64,000 nt of DNA from Terriglobia bacterium (GCA_965198225.1 CBDAOY010000006.1:480001-544000); one strand, 5' to 3'. Positions 30,781-41,822 are shown, counted from the stretch's first letter. A program made the numbers and translations. The notes: generated by a model not told the origin, from the sequence alone.

Positions 30781-31443
30781 ATGGCCACATCAGCTCAGCG
30801 TGTGCGTGCGGTAGGGGACTCGGCGACTGTTCGTATCGCCGACATGGCGTCGTCTTTGCGCAGAGAGGGCCTCGACGTTCTCGACTTTTCGGCCGGTCGG
30901 GCGGCGGAACATACGCCGGCTTACATCTCGGAAGCGGCCATTCAAGCCATACGGGATGGGGATACACACCAGACAGTCGCGCGGGGGACACTCGCCTTCC
31001 GCAAGGCCTGCGCCCGCAAGCTGGACCGCGAGAACGGCCTCGTTGTCGACCCGGATTCGGGGATCGTCGCGACGATGGGGTGCAAGCAGGGCCTTCTCCT
31101 GACCCTGATGGCAACCCTTGACCCGGGGGATGAGGTTGTCGTCGAAGATCCCTGTTTCGTAAGCTACCAGCCGACGATTCGTTTATGTGGTGGTGAACCC
31201 GTTGCGGTGCCGCTGAGCGCCGATAAGGGCTTCCGGTGGCAGGTCGACGACCTCGAAAAGGCCCGCACCGATCGGACCCGCGCTATTCTCTTCTGCTCCC
31301 CTCACAACCCAGCCGGCGCCGTGCACACTCCCGACGATCTCGACGTGATTGGCGACTTCGCCAAACGGCACGATCTCATCGTGATTGCAGACGAAACCTA
31401 CGAAAGGTTGACCTGGGGAGCTGATCGCCGCCGACACGGATGA
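30781..31443 (+). pseudogene. Class I/II PLP aminotransferase, 3' half missing
   Basis: GCKQGL, DPCFVSY, SPHNPAG, DETYE then abrupt end; the PLP-lysine SKxxxMTGWR region is absent. Confidence 0.85.
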
Positions 31444-32794
31444 GAAACTGTTCTATGCGCTGGTCAAGATCGGTAACGCGCGCAAGGACAGACACCTGAC
31501 CCTGAACCCGATCGAGGGTGGAATCCTTCTGGACCACTGGGGGCCGCTGGAGAACCTCGAGGTGTTCATGCAGGCGCCCATCCGGTTCGCGACCGACTAC
31601 GGTACATCGGGCGATTTCTTCGTCTTCGTCGCTGACCTTGCGGAAGACATCGAAGATTACATTGGGTCGGAGAGGGTCAATCCGGGCGATCGACTGCTGG
31701 CGGTCAACGACCAGCCCTTCGCCGACTACGTCACGGCGATCGAACCTTACATCCGGTACTCCACGGTGGATGGTTTCTGGTGGAAGATGGCCGAGGGGAT
31801 ACCCGAGAAGCACTACGACGTCTCGCCGGAGTTTTACCGCGACGACATCACGTTCCGCCTCCAGCGCGCCGACGGGTCGCAGTATGCCCTGACGTTGCCG
31901 TATCTCGGTCCGGAATCGATAACCTGGTCCGGACACGGGGCGCGGCGGTACCCTGGCTTCAACCTCGTCTCGGATCGGCACACGTTCGACCTGTGGGTCC
32001 ATGACACGAAACCCGTCATCCTCCTCGACTGGTACGGTTTTCGCGAGCTGCTGGTCGAGGACATGGACTGGCTCGTGGCGTATGGCGAGGAAAACAGGAT
32101 TCTCGATCATGCCGTCATCTTCGACGCCACCCACAGCCGCGGGGGATCTCGCGGAGCCTACGCCATCCAGCGTCTTTCCCCGAAGTCTTTCAGGACGACC
32201 TTCGGCAACTTGCGTCTGAGCGACATCACGGAGGATTTCGTCAGGGAAAAACGCGCCGACTATGACGCAAGCCGTATCACGGATTCCGGAGTCGCCGAGA
32301 CCGTGGACGATGGCTCCTGGCTTATCGACTGGCTGGAAAACGACGTGATGGCCGGCTTACGTGCCGGGCAGGAATACTCCAACAATGTACCCTTCAAGCT
32401 GGCTCACGCGCCCAAGTACTCCGACGGCGTGATCCATCCGGCTCCCGTGCACTTTCGCGGACCGCTCGTTTGCCTCTTCGGGCCCTACGGCGGCTCCCAC
32501 CTGGACCAGTTTGCGGCGATCGTGGTCGACAACGAGCTTGGTCATACGATCGGCATGCCGACCGGCGGCTACAGCAACACCTGGGAATGGGAGGAAGAGC
32601 TCGTGTTTCCGATCAGCGGGAAGCCGATCGCCGGCTACATGTGGTCCATCGGACACACCGTTCGGCCGAACGGCCAGATCGTCGAGGGCCTCGCCGCCGA
32701 TGTGGATGACTACCTGCCCCTGACGCGGGAGAACTACCTGGAATACCACAGCCTGCTGCTCGAGAGGGCCTTCCGCTACCTGGGACTCGATTGA
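31418..32794 (+). pseudogene. Divergent S41-like (tail-specific) peptidase, 5' truncated
   Basis: Frame is open from ELIAADTDEKLFYALVKIGNARKDRH with no signal peptide; PDZ-like GDRLLAVND; DATHSRGG, GSHLDQF, GMPTGG resemble S41 motifs. Confidence 0.6.
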
Positions 32795-34020
32795 GTTCCG
32801 CGTTCCAGCGTTATCGCGAGCTGTCGCTCGGCGTCAAGATTCTCCTGTTCATGGGAATCGGCCTGGCCGCCGGACTCCTCCTCGGAGACCGAGCCCAGGC
32901 GGCCGAACCCCTGGGAGACCTCTTCATCAGGCTGCTCGTGATGGCAGCCATTCCCCTGATCTTTTTCAATCTTCTCGCCGGTTTGACCTCGCTCGACGAT
33001 ATCCGCGTCCTCGGCCGACTTGGAACCAAGACTTTCGTCTTCTACCTGGCGACAACGGTTCTCGCCTTCGTGCTTGGCCTGGCTACGATCGAGCTGCTGC
33101 AGCCGGGTGTCGGCATGTCCCTGACCGAGGAGCCTGATGAAGCCATCGGGGCGGTGCCCGGCGTCGGGGACCTGCTGCTCGACCTGGTTCCGGAAAACGC
33201 TTTCGAAGCCTTCCGCGCCGGCAACGTCTCCCAGATCCTCGTCTTCGCGCTGTTACTCGGTGTGGCTACCTTATTGTTGCCGGAAGAGAAACGCCAGGCG
33301 CTCCGCGCAGCCTTCGAGCTGCTGGCCGACCTGCTCCGGAGCCTGGTGGACCTGATCCTCGAATTCTTCGGACCGATCGGCATCGGAGCGCTGGCTGCGG
33401 CGACCGTCGGCCAGTACGGAGCCGCGATCTTCGGGCCGCTGGCCGTGTTCATCGGCGGCATCTGGGGTGCGCATGTCGTGATGGTCGGGGTCTACCTGGC
33501 CGTGCTCTATGGCTTCACGGGTTACTCGCCGGTCACCTTCCTGAAGAAGACCGGTCCGCTCTACGCCACGACGGCCGCCACCTGCAGCAGCCTTGCGAGC
33601 CTGACCGTCTCTTTCGAGATGGCTCGCGAACGGTTACGGCTACCCGAACACATTTACTCATTCACGCTGCCGATGGGAGCGCAATTTCACAAAGACGGCA
33701 CTTCGATCACGCTGGGGGGCGTGCTTCTCTTCACCTCCCAGGCCGCCGGATTCAGGTTCGACCTCGCGACGCTGCCCGCGGTCATTCTGGTGGGAGTCAT
33801 TCTCTCGGCGGGATCCGGGGGCATTCCAGCGGGCGGGCTGGTGATCGCGCTGATCTACGTGCAGGCGTTCAACCTGCCCATAGAGATGGCCGCCATCGTC
33901 GGCGGAGTCTACCGGTTGCTCGACATGGGAAACACGACCGTCAACATGATGGGGGATGTCGTCGGTACGGCGATAATCGCGAAAACGGAAGGCTACGCGC
34001 CGGGAGACGCGACCCTATAG
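32791..34020 (+). CDS. Dicarboxylate/amino acid:cation symporter (DAACS/GltP family)
   Basis: LGDLFIRLL, TCSSLASL, FHKDGT, GIPAGG, LDMGNTTVNMMGD. Confidence 0.92.
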   Translation: MSSAFQRYRELSLGVKILLFMGIGLAAGLLLGDRAQAAEPLGDLFIRLLVMAAIPLIFFNLLAGLTSLDDIRVLGRLGTKTFVFYLATTVLAFVLGLATIELLQPGVGMSLTEEPDEAIGAVPGVGDLLLDLVPENAFEAFRAGNVSQILVFALLLGVATLLLPEEKRQALRAAFELLADLLRSLVDLILEFFGPIGIGALAAATVGQYGAAIFGPLAVFIGGIWGAHVVMVGVYLAVLYGFTGYSPVTFLKKTGPLYATTAATCSSLASLTVSFEMARERLRLPEHIYSFTLPMGAQFHKDGTSITLGGVLLFTSQAAGFRFDLATLPAVILVGVILSAGSGGIPAGGLVIALIYVQAFNLPIEMAAIVGGVYRLLDMGNTTVNMMGDVVGTAIIAKTEGYAPGDATL

Positions 34021-34328
34021 AAATCTGCGATCGTCCTCGAACGACGGCCGCCAAACCTAAATCAGGGTCGCGCTGCCGTGTGCAAGACGCACTATAGAAC
34101 AGGTCCCCTCGCCGCTCCCGGACTGATCCATGATACTCGCTGAAGCCGCGGACGGTTGTTCAACCTCCCGAGGCTGCCGAGGGCGGTCGCACCGTATACA
34201 GACTCGCGAAACTGCGGTAGGCTGCCGAGGTTATCCGGTTCGCCGCACCGCCCTGTTTTCCAAAGGAACCGCGGTCCGGGACTGCGTCGTTTGAACACTA
34301 ACGCGCGACGAGCCAAGGCTCGACTCCA

Positions 34329-34862
34329 ATGACAGAGACCACGACTACAGCGAACAACAGCGGCCAGCAACCGGTCCGAGTTCCGGGACGGGTCGTGGCC
34401 TACACGTTGACCTTTGCCGGTCTGGCGGGCGTGGCGTTCGCGATCCTGCTGGCGCGACTGCCGAACCTGTCCGGCGAAGCGCCGGGTACGGACCTGACGC
34501 GAGTGTTCGTCATGACGATGGCCGCGATGTTCGCCGCCGGGGCGCTGGGAGGGAGTCTTTACAATTTGCGCGGATTGATCAAGCACTCGGCCGAGGAAGA
34601 CTACCTGGAAGCGTACAACCTCTCCTACTACCTGCGGCCTGTTTCGGGCGGGATCAGCGGACTGCTGGTTTTCTTCCTTCTCATGGGCGGGATCATGTCG
34701 TTCACAGCCGGGACTTCTCAAACGATCCCCAGTTGGATCACATTCCAGGGGCGGATGCCTTACCTGGCGTTCGGCATTCTGGCGGGATACGGTTCTCACG
34801 AATTCATGCTCAAGCTGAAGGACGTGGCGGAGTCGCTGTTTACGATCAGGAAACCAAAGTGA
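34329..34862 (+). CDS. Hypothetical 4-TM membrane protein
   Basis: AAGALGGSL, YYLRPVSGG, GILAGY motifs in hydrophobic helices. Confidence 0.75.
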   Translation: MTETTTTANNSGQQPVRVPGRVVAYTLTFAGLAGVAFAILLARLPNLSGEAPGTDLTRVFVMTMAAMFAAGALGGSLYNLRGLIKHSAEEDYLEAYNLSYYLRPVSGGISGLLVFFLLMGGIMSFTAGTSQTIPSWITFQGRMPYLAFGILAGYGSHEFMLKLKDVAESLFTIRKPK

Positions 34863-34888
34863 ACGCTGAATGATGAGCGAGAAAGACC

Positions 34889-37197
34889 TTACTGAACCGG
34901 TCCTAGTGCTCGGAGTTGCTCGAACCAGTTCGTTACGACGTGGATCTGCTGCTCCGTGCCGTCGGCGTCGCTAAAATCGACCAGCTTGAGCATCAGGAAT
35001 CGTCCGTCGGCCGAGACGTCAAAACTCCTGAAACCCGGAAACGAGGTGAAGCTGAACAGCGCCTGAGGTATGCCGGCCTCGAAGGTCTCACCCGTTTGGA
35101 TGGGAACCGCCATCATCTGCGTCGTTTCCCGGTAGAAGAGCTCCGCGCCATCCCTTGACCAGACGGGCCGGCTTCCGCCTGCCGTCGACACCTTCCACCT
35201 GCCGGCCTCGACATCGGGAAACGGGCTCACGTAGATTTCGGAGCCGCCCGACTCTTCCAGCTCGTACGCCACCCATTTACCATCCGGGGAGATCCTGGTC
35301 CAGAAAGCTCGCGTTAGAAGCAGTTCCGAAGCGCCCGTCGCGATCGACAGCGCATGGATGGCAAAATCCCTGGTGTTGGTTTCAGCAAAGAGTAAGGTTG
35401 TGCCGTCTGCGGACATGGCCATGGGGACCTGGCCCCGGGAACTGGCGGCAGTCGGAGCCGGAAAAGGGCTCTCTCTCAACAGCGGCTCCGCCGAACCGAC
35501 ACCATCGGATCGCTTGGAAAACAGGGTACGAACACGCCCGTCACGGTGCGAGTTGAATATGATTCGCGCGTCATCGGGCGTCCACACAGCGTAAGCGTCG
35601 GCGGCCGGATCGGAGATCAACCGCGTAAGCGTATCGCGTTCGAGGTCTAATATTGCGACGTCCGAGTTACCCCTTTCGTCGAATAGGTCGAAGGCAACGC
35701 GTTCCCCGCCGTGCGAGATAACGGGGTTGAGGTAGGCGCCGTCCGGTAGGGTCAGGTCTTCTTCCCGCCCCTGCCGATCCACCCAGACCAGGGACGAACG
35801 GAACCGGAACCTGCCCGGCGGACCGCCTGGCACCCAGACCAGGGCGCCGTCTTCGGAGAAATCGAAGTGCGCCGCGCCGCCGTCGTTCACTGCGATCCCA
35901 TCCCGGACCGGTTCCGGTGGCCCCGTCAGGTCGAGCCGGTCGAGATCGAACGGCGCCGCCATCATCACGTCTCCCCGCATGTAGACGATGTGATCCGTCG
36001 GTGCGTAGCGCGCGTAATGGCCGGTTTCTTCAATCAAGACGCGCCACTCGTTCGTTTCCAAAGAAAGCAGCGCGACGCGATTGCTCTCCAACCCTCCCCT
36101 GAAGATCGTAAACAATAGGGCCCGGCCGCCAGGCAGCGCAGCCGGCCACCGATGTCCCCCGACACCGCCGTCTTGATCGACGGAAGTAAGCAGCTCCGGA
36201 GAACCCTCTGAAACCGCGATGCGAGATATACCTGCCGAGCCGCCGAAGTAAATGTATCCGTCCGGTGTCCAGGCCGCTCCGCGAGCCGTGGAATCCACCG
36301 GTCCCACTTCGATCGGACGGCCACCGGCGACCGGGACTCGCCAGAGCCTGTCGGAAGCGAAGAACCCGAGCTGCCGGCTGTCCGGTGAAAAGAACGGGTG
36401 GTACGCGCCGTCGCTATCGGGCACCCTTCGGCTTTCAAGCTCATTCATGGGTCTGAGATACAAGCGGCGGGTTCCTTCCCCGTCCGCGGCCAGAAAGGCT
36501 GCGCTTTGCCCATCCGGAGAGATGGCTACACCCGTTCCGTTTTGCGAAGTCCAGCGTTCGTCCGACGGCTGGTCGATCGTGAAACGGAGTTCGTTGACGC
36601 CCGATGCGGCCGGGGGCCGCGTTCGTTGAGCGATCCCCACCGCGACGGCGACCAGCAGGGTCGTCGCGAGGGCCCATGAGACAGCAAAGCGAAGGGTCAT
36701 CCCGCGACCGAATCTCTCGGAAGCGCCCGGACTCTTTTTACTCGAGTCGGCAGGCAGGCTCTCGAGTTCGACTCGCACGTCGGCGATGTCGTGCCAGCGA
36801 TTCCGGGTTCGAACCGCGCCAGCCGTTCTTCGTCCCTGGCGAACTCCTCAGGCAGTGACTTGATGGCCACCTCACGACCCAGCTTGGTGTCACGCGCCTT
36901 CCACACTTCACCCATACCACCTTTGCCGAGCCCGGAAAGGATCCGGAACGAACCGATCTCACGTCCGATCAAAGAGGGCGCCTCATCCCGGGCGATGTCG
37001 GCGGCCGCTATTTCGACGGCTGTTTTTCCGATGAACCCCTTTGCCCTCCGCTCGTAACCGAGAAGCGATTCGATTTCGTCGCGCAGCTCCGAGTCCCCAC
37101 CGCACTGTTCGTCCACAAACGCGTCGCGGTCGTTTTCCTCGAGTTCGAGAGCGGCGTGGTAGATGCGCTCGATCTGCTGCCAGCGGCTAGAGCCCAT
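34889..37197 (-). pseudogene. Ser/Thr protein kinase + TM + PD40/TolB beta-propeller, kinase core deleted
   Basis: GKGGMGEVWKARDTKLGREVAIK..LARFE joins out of frame near 36806 to RNRWHDIADVRVELE (kinase end); HRD and DFG are absent; ORF 34889-36778 holds the TM and SPDG repeats. Confidence 0.88.
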
Positions 37198-37774
37198 CGA
37201 GCCCCTCCTGGTCCAACTCGCGCAACAACCAGACCTTGGCGAGTTTCCAGTCTCGCTGGACGGTATCGAGCGAGACGTCGAGCACCTCGGCTGTTTCCCT
37301 CTCCGTGAGCCCACCGAAAAAACGCAACTCGATCACCTGACTCTTCCTGGAATCCACCGACTCGAGCGCTTTTAGGGCGGAATCCATTGCGATCATGTCC
37401 TCAATCCGCTCAACAGAGGCAGGTCCTATCTCTTCATTAAGAGGGACGGGCCGCTCTCCACCGCCTCGTTTTTGCGAGCGGCGGGCACGAGCCAGGTCCA
37501 CCAGGACCCGCCGCATCAGCCGAGCCGAAACCGCGAAGAAGTGGTTGCGGTCCTGCAACTGCAATTGTTTGGAGTCCACGAGGCGGAGATACGCCTCGTG
37601 CACCAGCGCGGTGGTCTGCAGTGTGTGGTCGTCGCGCTCGCCCTTCATGTACCGATGAGCGAGCCGCCTCAATTCGTCGTACACGAGAGGCATCAGTCGC
37701 TCCGGCGCGGCCTCGTCTCCCTGTCTCCAGGCCAACAGCAGGCGCGTCACTTCCGGGTTGTCCGTCGTCATCAT
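37187..37774 (-). CDS. ECF sigma-70 factor (TIGR02999-like, kinase-associated)
   Basis: VTRLLLAW, VYDELRRLA, HTLQTTALVHEAYLRL, ELRFFGGL, RDWKLAKVWL. Confidence 0.93.
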   Translation of the reverse strand: MMTTDNPEVTRLLLAWRQGDEAAPERLMPLVYDELRRLAHRYMKGERDDHTLQTTALVHEAYLRLVDSKQLQLQDRNHFFAVSARLMRRVLVDLARARRSQKRGGGERPVPLNEEIGPASVERIEDMIAMDSALKALESVDSRKSQVIELRFFGGLTERETAEVLDVSLDTVQRDWKLAKVWLLRELDQEGLDGL

Positions 37775-37936
37775 CTAACATGCTCAATTGTTGGCAGTTA
37801 CGGGATTTAAAGATTATACTACCGCAGTCTGAATTTATTTTTTACCTATCGTGTTTCGGTTCTTCGGGTTCGATTTCCGCTTTCCTGGTTGAGGGCCGGA
37901 AATTCTCCATTTTTCGGCTCCGGGAGGTTGGACACC

Positions 37937-40501
37937 ATGAGAACAGTGAATTTACGCACGACCCTTCTCAGATGGCAGCATCGAATGGGTATTGGCGCCG
38001 CCGGATGCCTGGTTGCAATTGGTATGGGGTCTTCCCCTTACGCGGCGACCGCCCAGACGATCAACAAGACCGGATCGCTGATCCACCCGCGCGCCGGTCA
38101 CACGGCGACACTGGTTGACGGAAATGTCCTCATCACGGGAGGAACGGAGATCGCCGAACTGTACGACCCGGCCACGGGCACCTTCAGTCCGGTTGGGAGC
38201 ATGCGTGAGGCCCGGGCCGGGCACACCGCAACGCGAATGGCGAACGGTCAGGTTGTCCTCATCGGCGGGGGGCCGCTGTTCGGCTCCAGGACGGCCGAAA
38301 TTTACAGTCCCGCAGCAGGCACCTTCAGCGAGACGGGCAGCATGCGCGTGGCGCGGAGCGCGCACACGGCGACGCTGCTGCCGAACGGTAAGGTCCTTGT
38401 CGTCGGCGGAGGCTTGTTCTCCGGCGTCGGAACGGCCGAACTCTATGACCCGGAAACAGGTACTTTCAGCGCGACCGCAAATTTGCCGGACGCCCGACTG
38501 AACCACACGGCGACGCTGTTGCCGAGCGGAAAAGTTCTGATTGCCGGGGGACGACTGAGCAGTCTTCCGACGGCGGAGCTGTATGATCCGGACACGAACC
38601 TCTTCAGGCCGACGGGGAGTCCGAACGAGCAGCGAAACGATCACACCGCTACGCTGCTGCAGGATGGCCGCGTGCTCGTCACCGGGACCTTGGGAGGTAC
38701 GAAGACTGCTGAAGTCTACGATCCAATCACAGGAAGGTTCACTCCTACGGGTCACCTGATCGAGGCGCGGAGCGATCACACTGCTGTGCTGCTGTCGACC
38801 GGAAAAGCTCTAATCGTTGGAGGAGGATCCGGGTCGGGGTTGACGGAGCTGTACGACCCTCGCACCGGCACGTTCAGCCGAGCTGGAAACCTGGCAGACC
38901 CGCGGAGTGAAACGACCGCAACCTTGCTGCCGAACGGAGACGTGCTTATCGTCGGAGGTTTGCCGCTCGGGTCTTTCGCAGCTTATAGAAGTGCCGAGAT
39001 CTACGATCCGGGCCTCGGCATTTCGTCTCGAGGCATCTACGTGGATGGCCGTCGCGGGGTATCGTGGACAACGTCGGGCAGCGGCGGACCGGCGCAGGTC
39101 GGCTACGGCCGGATCGACGTGAACCCGGGGAGTCCGGCTCCAGGCGGCGTGGCGATTTTCGGTTCCGTCACAGACGGAGTACTGGTTGCCGAGGCTGGCG
39201 TTCCGGCATCAGCACCGGTTCGCGGTGGCCGCATCCATGCCGAGATCGGAGGCCTGGTAAACACGGGTCTGGCCCTCGTCAATCCGAACGAACAAGTTGC
39301 TTCGGTTTCCTACTATTTCACCGACGCCGACGGACTCAATTTCGGTCATGGTGTGTTCGTTCTCGGAGCGGGACAACAGATCGCACGCTTCCTCGATCAG
39401 GAACCGTTCAACGGCGCTTCGAGCACACGAGGCACGTTTACTTTCAACTCTTCAGTTCCGGTAGCTGTGACTGCGCTTCGTGGTTTCACGAACCAACGTT
39501 CCGAATTCCTCATCACTGCGCTCCCCGTCGCTTCCCTTGTGCCGGCGGGTGAGCAAACCACCGTCATTCCGCACTACGCGGACGGAGGTGGGTGGACGAC
39601 GCTGGTTACGCTCGTCAATCCAACCGACACCGCCATAGCTGGAACCGTCCAGTTCCTGGATCAGGGGTCGCAAACCGCCCGTGCAGAACCGATCGTCCTC
39701 ACCGTCAATGAAACGACCGGCTCCACGTTCGATTACGCGATACACCCGAGAAGCAGCGTGTCGTTGGAGACATCGAACCCTCCGGACGGCGTCCGCGTTG
39801 GAACGGTCCGGATCAACCCGAGGGCCCAGAGTGGGGCTCCGTCGGCCCAGGCGATCTTCTCGTTCGAGAATGCTCAGGGCGTGACGGTTTCCCAGGCTGG
39901 AGTGGAATCAGTGACTCCGGGCGCCGCCTTCCGACTGTACGCTGAGGCGTCGGGCGAGCCCGGCAAGATCGGCTCGATCGAAACCGGCGTCGCCATCCAC
40001 AACACATCCACCGAAGCCGCCATCGTGGAGCTCGAACTGATCGGCTTCGACGGATCGATGGAGCAGGTGCCGACAGCGATGGTCATTCCTGCCTACGGAC
40101 ATGTTTCAGGATTCATGAGCGAGGTTCTTCCGTCTCTGCGCGACTTCGAGGGCGTGCTCCGCATCACATCGAGTTCGGCCCCGATTTCTGTCGTTGGCCT
40201 GCGGGGGCGGTACAACTCGCGGACGGATTTCCTGCTGACCACCACCCCTGCCTTACTCGAAGGGAGCGATCCGGTGGTCTCTCAGGTCGTGTTCCCGCAC
40301 ATCGTGGACGCGGGTGGCTGGACGACGCAGTTTGTTCTCTTCGGCCGAACGGCCGGCCGGACCTCGACTGGAACTCTGCGGTTTCTTTCGGCGGCGGGAC
40401 AGACGCTCAACCTGCAATTAGCCTTCGCAGCTCCGGCAAGCCGTCAACCGATCTCGATGTTGAACTCGGCGCGAATGTCAGCAAGCGGGACATCGAGGTA
40501 G
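37937..40501 (+). CDS. Secreted Kelch/galactose-oxidase-repeat protein with repeated C-terminal domains
   Basis: GGAGG RBS; seven R..HTATLL..G.VL..GG...AE.YDP.TG.F-type repeats; PHYADGGGWTT and FPHIVDAGGWTT motifs. Confidence 0.88.
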   Translation: MRTVNLRTTLLRWQHRMGIGAAGCLVAIGMGSSPYAATAQTINKTGSLIHPRAGHTATLVDGNVLITGGTEIAELYDPATGTFSPVGSMREARAGHTATRMANGQVVLIGGGPLFGSRTAEIYSPAAGTFSETGSMRVARSAHTATLLPNGKVLVVGGGLFSGVGTAELYDPETGTFSATANLPDARLNHTATLLPSGKVLIAGGRLSSLPTAELYDPDTNLFRPTGSPNEQRNDHTATLLQDGRVLVTGTLGGTKTAEVYDPITGRFTPTGHLIEARSDHTAVLLSTGKALIVGGGSGSGLTELYDPRTGTFSRAGNLADPRSETTATLLPNGDVLIVGGLPLGSFAAYRSAEIYDPGLGISSRGIYVDGRRGVSWTTSGSGGPAQVGYGRIDVNPGSPAPGGVAIFGSVTDGVLVAEAGVPASAPVRGGRIHAEIGGLVNTGLALVNPNEQVASVSYYFTDADGLNFGHGVFVLGAGQQIARFLDQEPFNGASSTRGTFTFNSSVPVAVTALRGFTNQRSEFLITALPVASLVPAGEQTTVIPHYADGGGWTTLVTLVNPTDTAIAGTVQFLDQGSQTARAEPIVLTVNETTGSTFDYAIHPRSSVSLETSNPPDGVRVGTVRINPRAQSGAPSAQAIFSFENAQGVTVSQAGVESVTPGAAFRLYAEASGEPGKIGSIETGVAIHNTSTEAAIVELELIGFDGSMEQVPTAMVIPAYGHVSGFMSEVLPSLRDFEGVLRITSSSAPISVVGLRGRYNSRTDFLLTTTPALLEGSDPVVSQVVFPHIVDAGGWTTQFVLFGRTAGRTSTGTLRFLSAAGQTLNLQLAFAAPASRQPISMLNSARMSASGTSR

Positions 40502-40977
40502 GCATCGTTGCCGGTCCAGGGCCACTTCCGGCTCATCCGGCGAGCGCGGCGCCAGACCGCCACGATTTTTGGAATCGCTTTCACCGTCTCCCGGATCGAC
40601 CGCATGCAGCCGATTTCTCGAAGGATGTTGACGGTCTCGGGGAGCTTCAGGTAACTCAGATAATCCCTCAACGAAATGTCGACGCCAAGGACGGTCCAGG
40701 TGTCGGCCAGAATCTCCTGTTCGAGGCTCGTATCAAGACCGAAGACCACATGGCAGCGATCATGGGAATGAAAGAAACGCGCGCTCGCAGGCGCGACCTC
40801 ATTCTCCTTAAAGAGGTTGGGGTTGGCGGCGAGATACTCTTCCAGGCCTTCGCGCAAAGTTATCCGGGAATCCGATTCCTGATACCTGCGCCTGCGCCCG
40901 AGAGATCCGTCGCTCGTCACCCCGGCTGAATTCACATCTATGGATGGGCTGATTTCCTTCGTCATGGATATCTCCAA
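40444..40977 (-). CDS. Coq4-like protein
   Basis: HDRCH-x11-E (HDRCHVVFGLDTSLEQE) metal motif; C-terminal YLDVPLADIRAEFNI as in the Coq4 family. Confidence 0.65.
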   Translation of the reverse strand: MEISMTKEISPSIDVNSAGVTSDGSLGRRRRYQESDSRITLREGLEEYLAANPNLFKENEVAPASARFFHSHDRCHVVFGLDTSLEQEILADTWTVLGVDISLRDYLSYLKLPETVNILREIGCMRSIRETVKAIPKIVAVWRRARRMSRKWPWTGNDAYLDVPLADIRAEFNIEIG

Positions 40978-40982
40978 GCGGC

Positions 40983-41822
40983 TCAGGGGCCCGCCGATTC
41001 GGAATCCGCGGCCTCGACGGCTTTGAAGTCACTCCAGCGCAAGCTCTCTCGGGAGTGGAGGTTGCTCAGGAAGATCCGACCTTTAATGTAAAGATCGACG
41101 CTCGCAGGAAACCAGATGCCGTCTGCGACCCGCGCTCTTTCCATTCGACCACGGACCGCGGACATCGACCCCAGCAGTCCCCACCAAATCCGGACTTTCT
41201 TCGTCAATTCGAATTCGACCCGAGATATTTCGAAAAGGTCGGTGTCGACCCAGATCTTGCCCTCGGCCTTGTTCAAGGCTCGATCGATTCGGCGTTTGAC
41301 GGGTAGATCATCGCTCTTCGGTCGGAACGAGATGACGTAGGCGGGGCGTCCCCTGACGTCTTCGATGCCGTCCAGTTCAACATCGTACCGACCGATCAGC
41401 TCTTCGTTGAAGACGATCCTGTCTTCGTCCTCGTTCCGCGGATCCTCTCCTCTGGCGAGCGCCTGACGAAACTTCCGTTCGCGCTTTCCCTCTTCCTCCA
41501 ATTCGGAATCTTCCAGCGGTTTCCGGTCTTTCTCGACCAGGCGTTGGAACGACACTCCGTCGATCGGGATGCTAAGAAACGCGTGCTGTTCCCGTTTCTT
41601 GACCTGTCCGTTGCGGTCGAGCCTTTCGGTGGTAGCCCGGAACGTAAACGTGTGATTCGATTCCGGCTGAAGCGTCTCAACCCACGAGGCTCGTTCCAGA
41701 GCCCGGTCTATGATCTCGTCGGCCGAAAGGCTCGCTCGACCGGGGTGTGCCTGCTCGGAAACCGCCATCGACCCGGCGAAGAGTGTCGTTGCGGTCATTA
41801 ATGAGAATCGTGTGAAGCGCAT
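40983..41822 (-). CDS. Exported hypothetical protein (LolA/outer-membrane lipoprotein-sorting-like beta fold)
   Basis: Signal peptide; GRPAYVISFRPK and GKIWVD patterns. Confidence 0.65.
   Translation of the reverse strand: MRFTRFSLMTATTLFAGSMAVSEQAHPGRASLSADEIIDRALERASWVETLQPESNHTFTFRATTERLDRNGQVKKREQHAFLSIPIDGVSFQRLVEKDRKPLEDSELEEEGKRERKFRQALARGEDPRNEDEDRIVFNEELIGRYDVELDGIEDVRGRPAYVISFRPKSDDLPVKRRIDRALNKAEGKIWVDTDLFEISRVEFELTKKVRIWWGLLGSMSAVRGRMERARVADGIWFPASVDLYIKGRIFLSNLHSRESLRWSDFKAVEAADSESAGP

Noticed and set aside
38080-39010. Periodic ~140-bp similarity resembling a repeat array
   Set aside because: Explained by Kelch protein repeats; no identical repeat-spacer structure, so not CRISPR.
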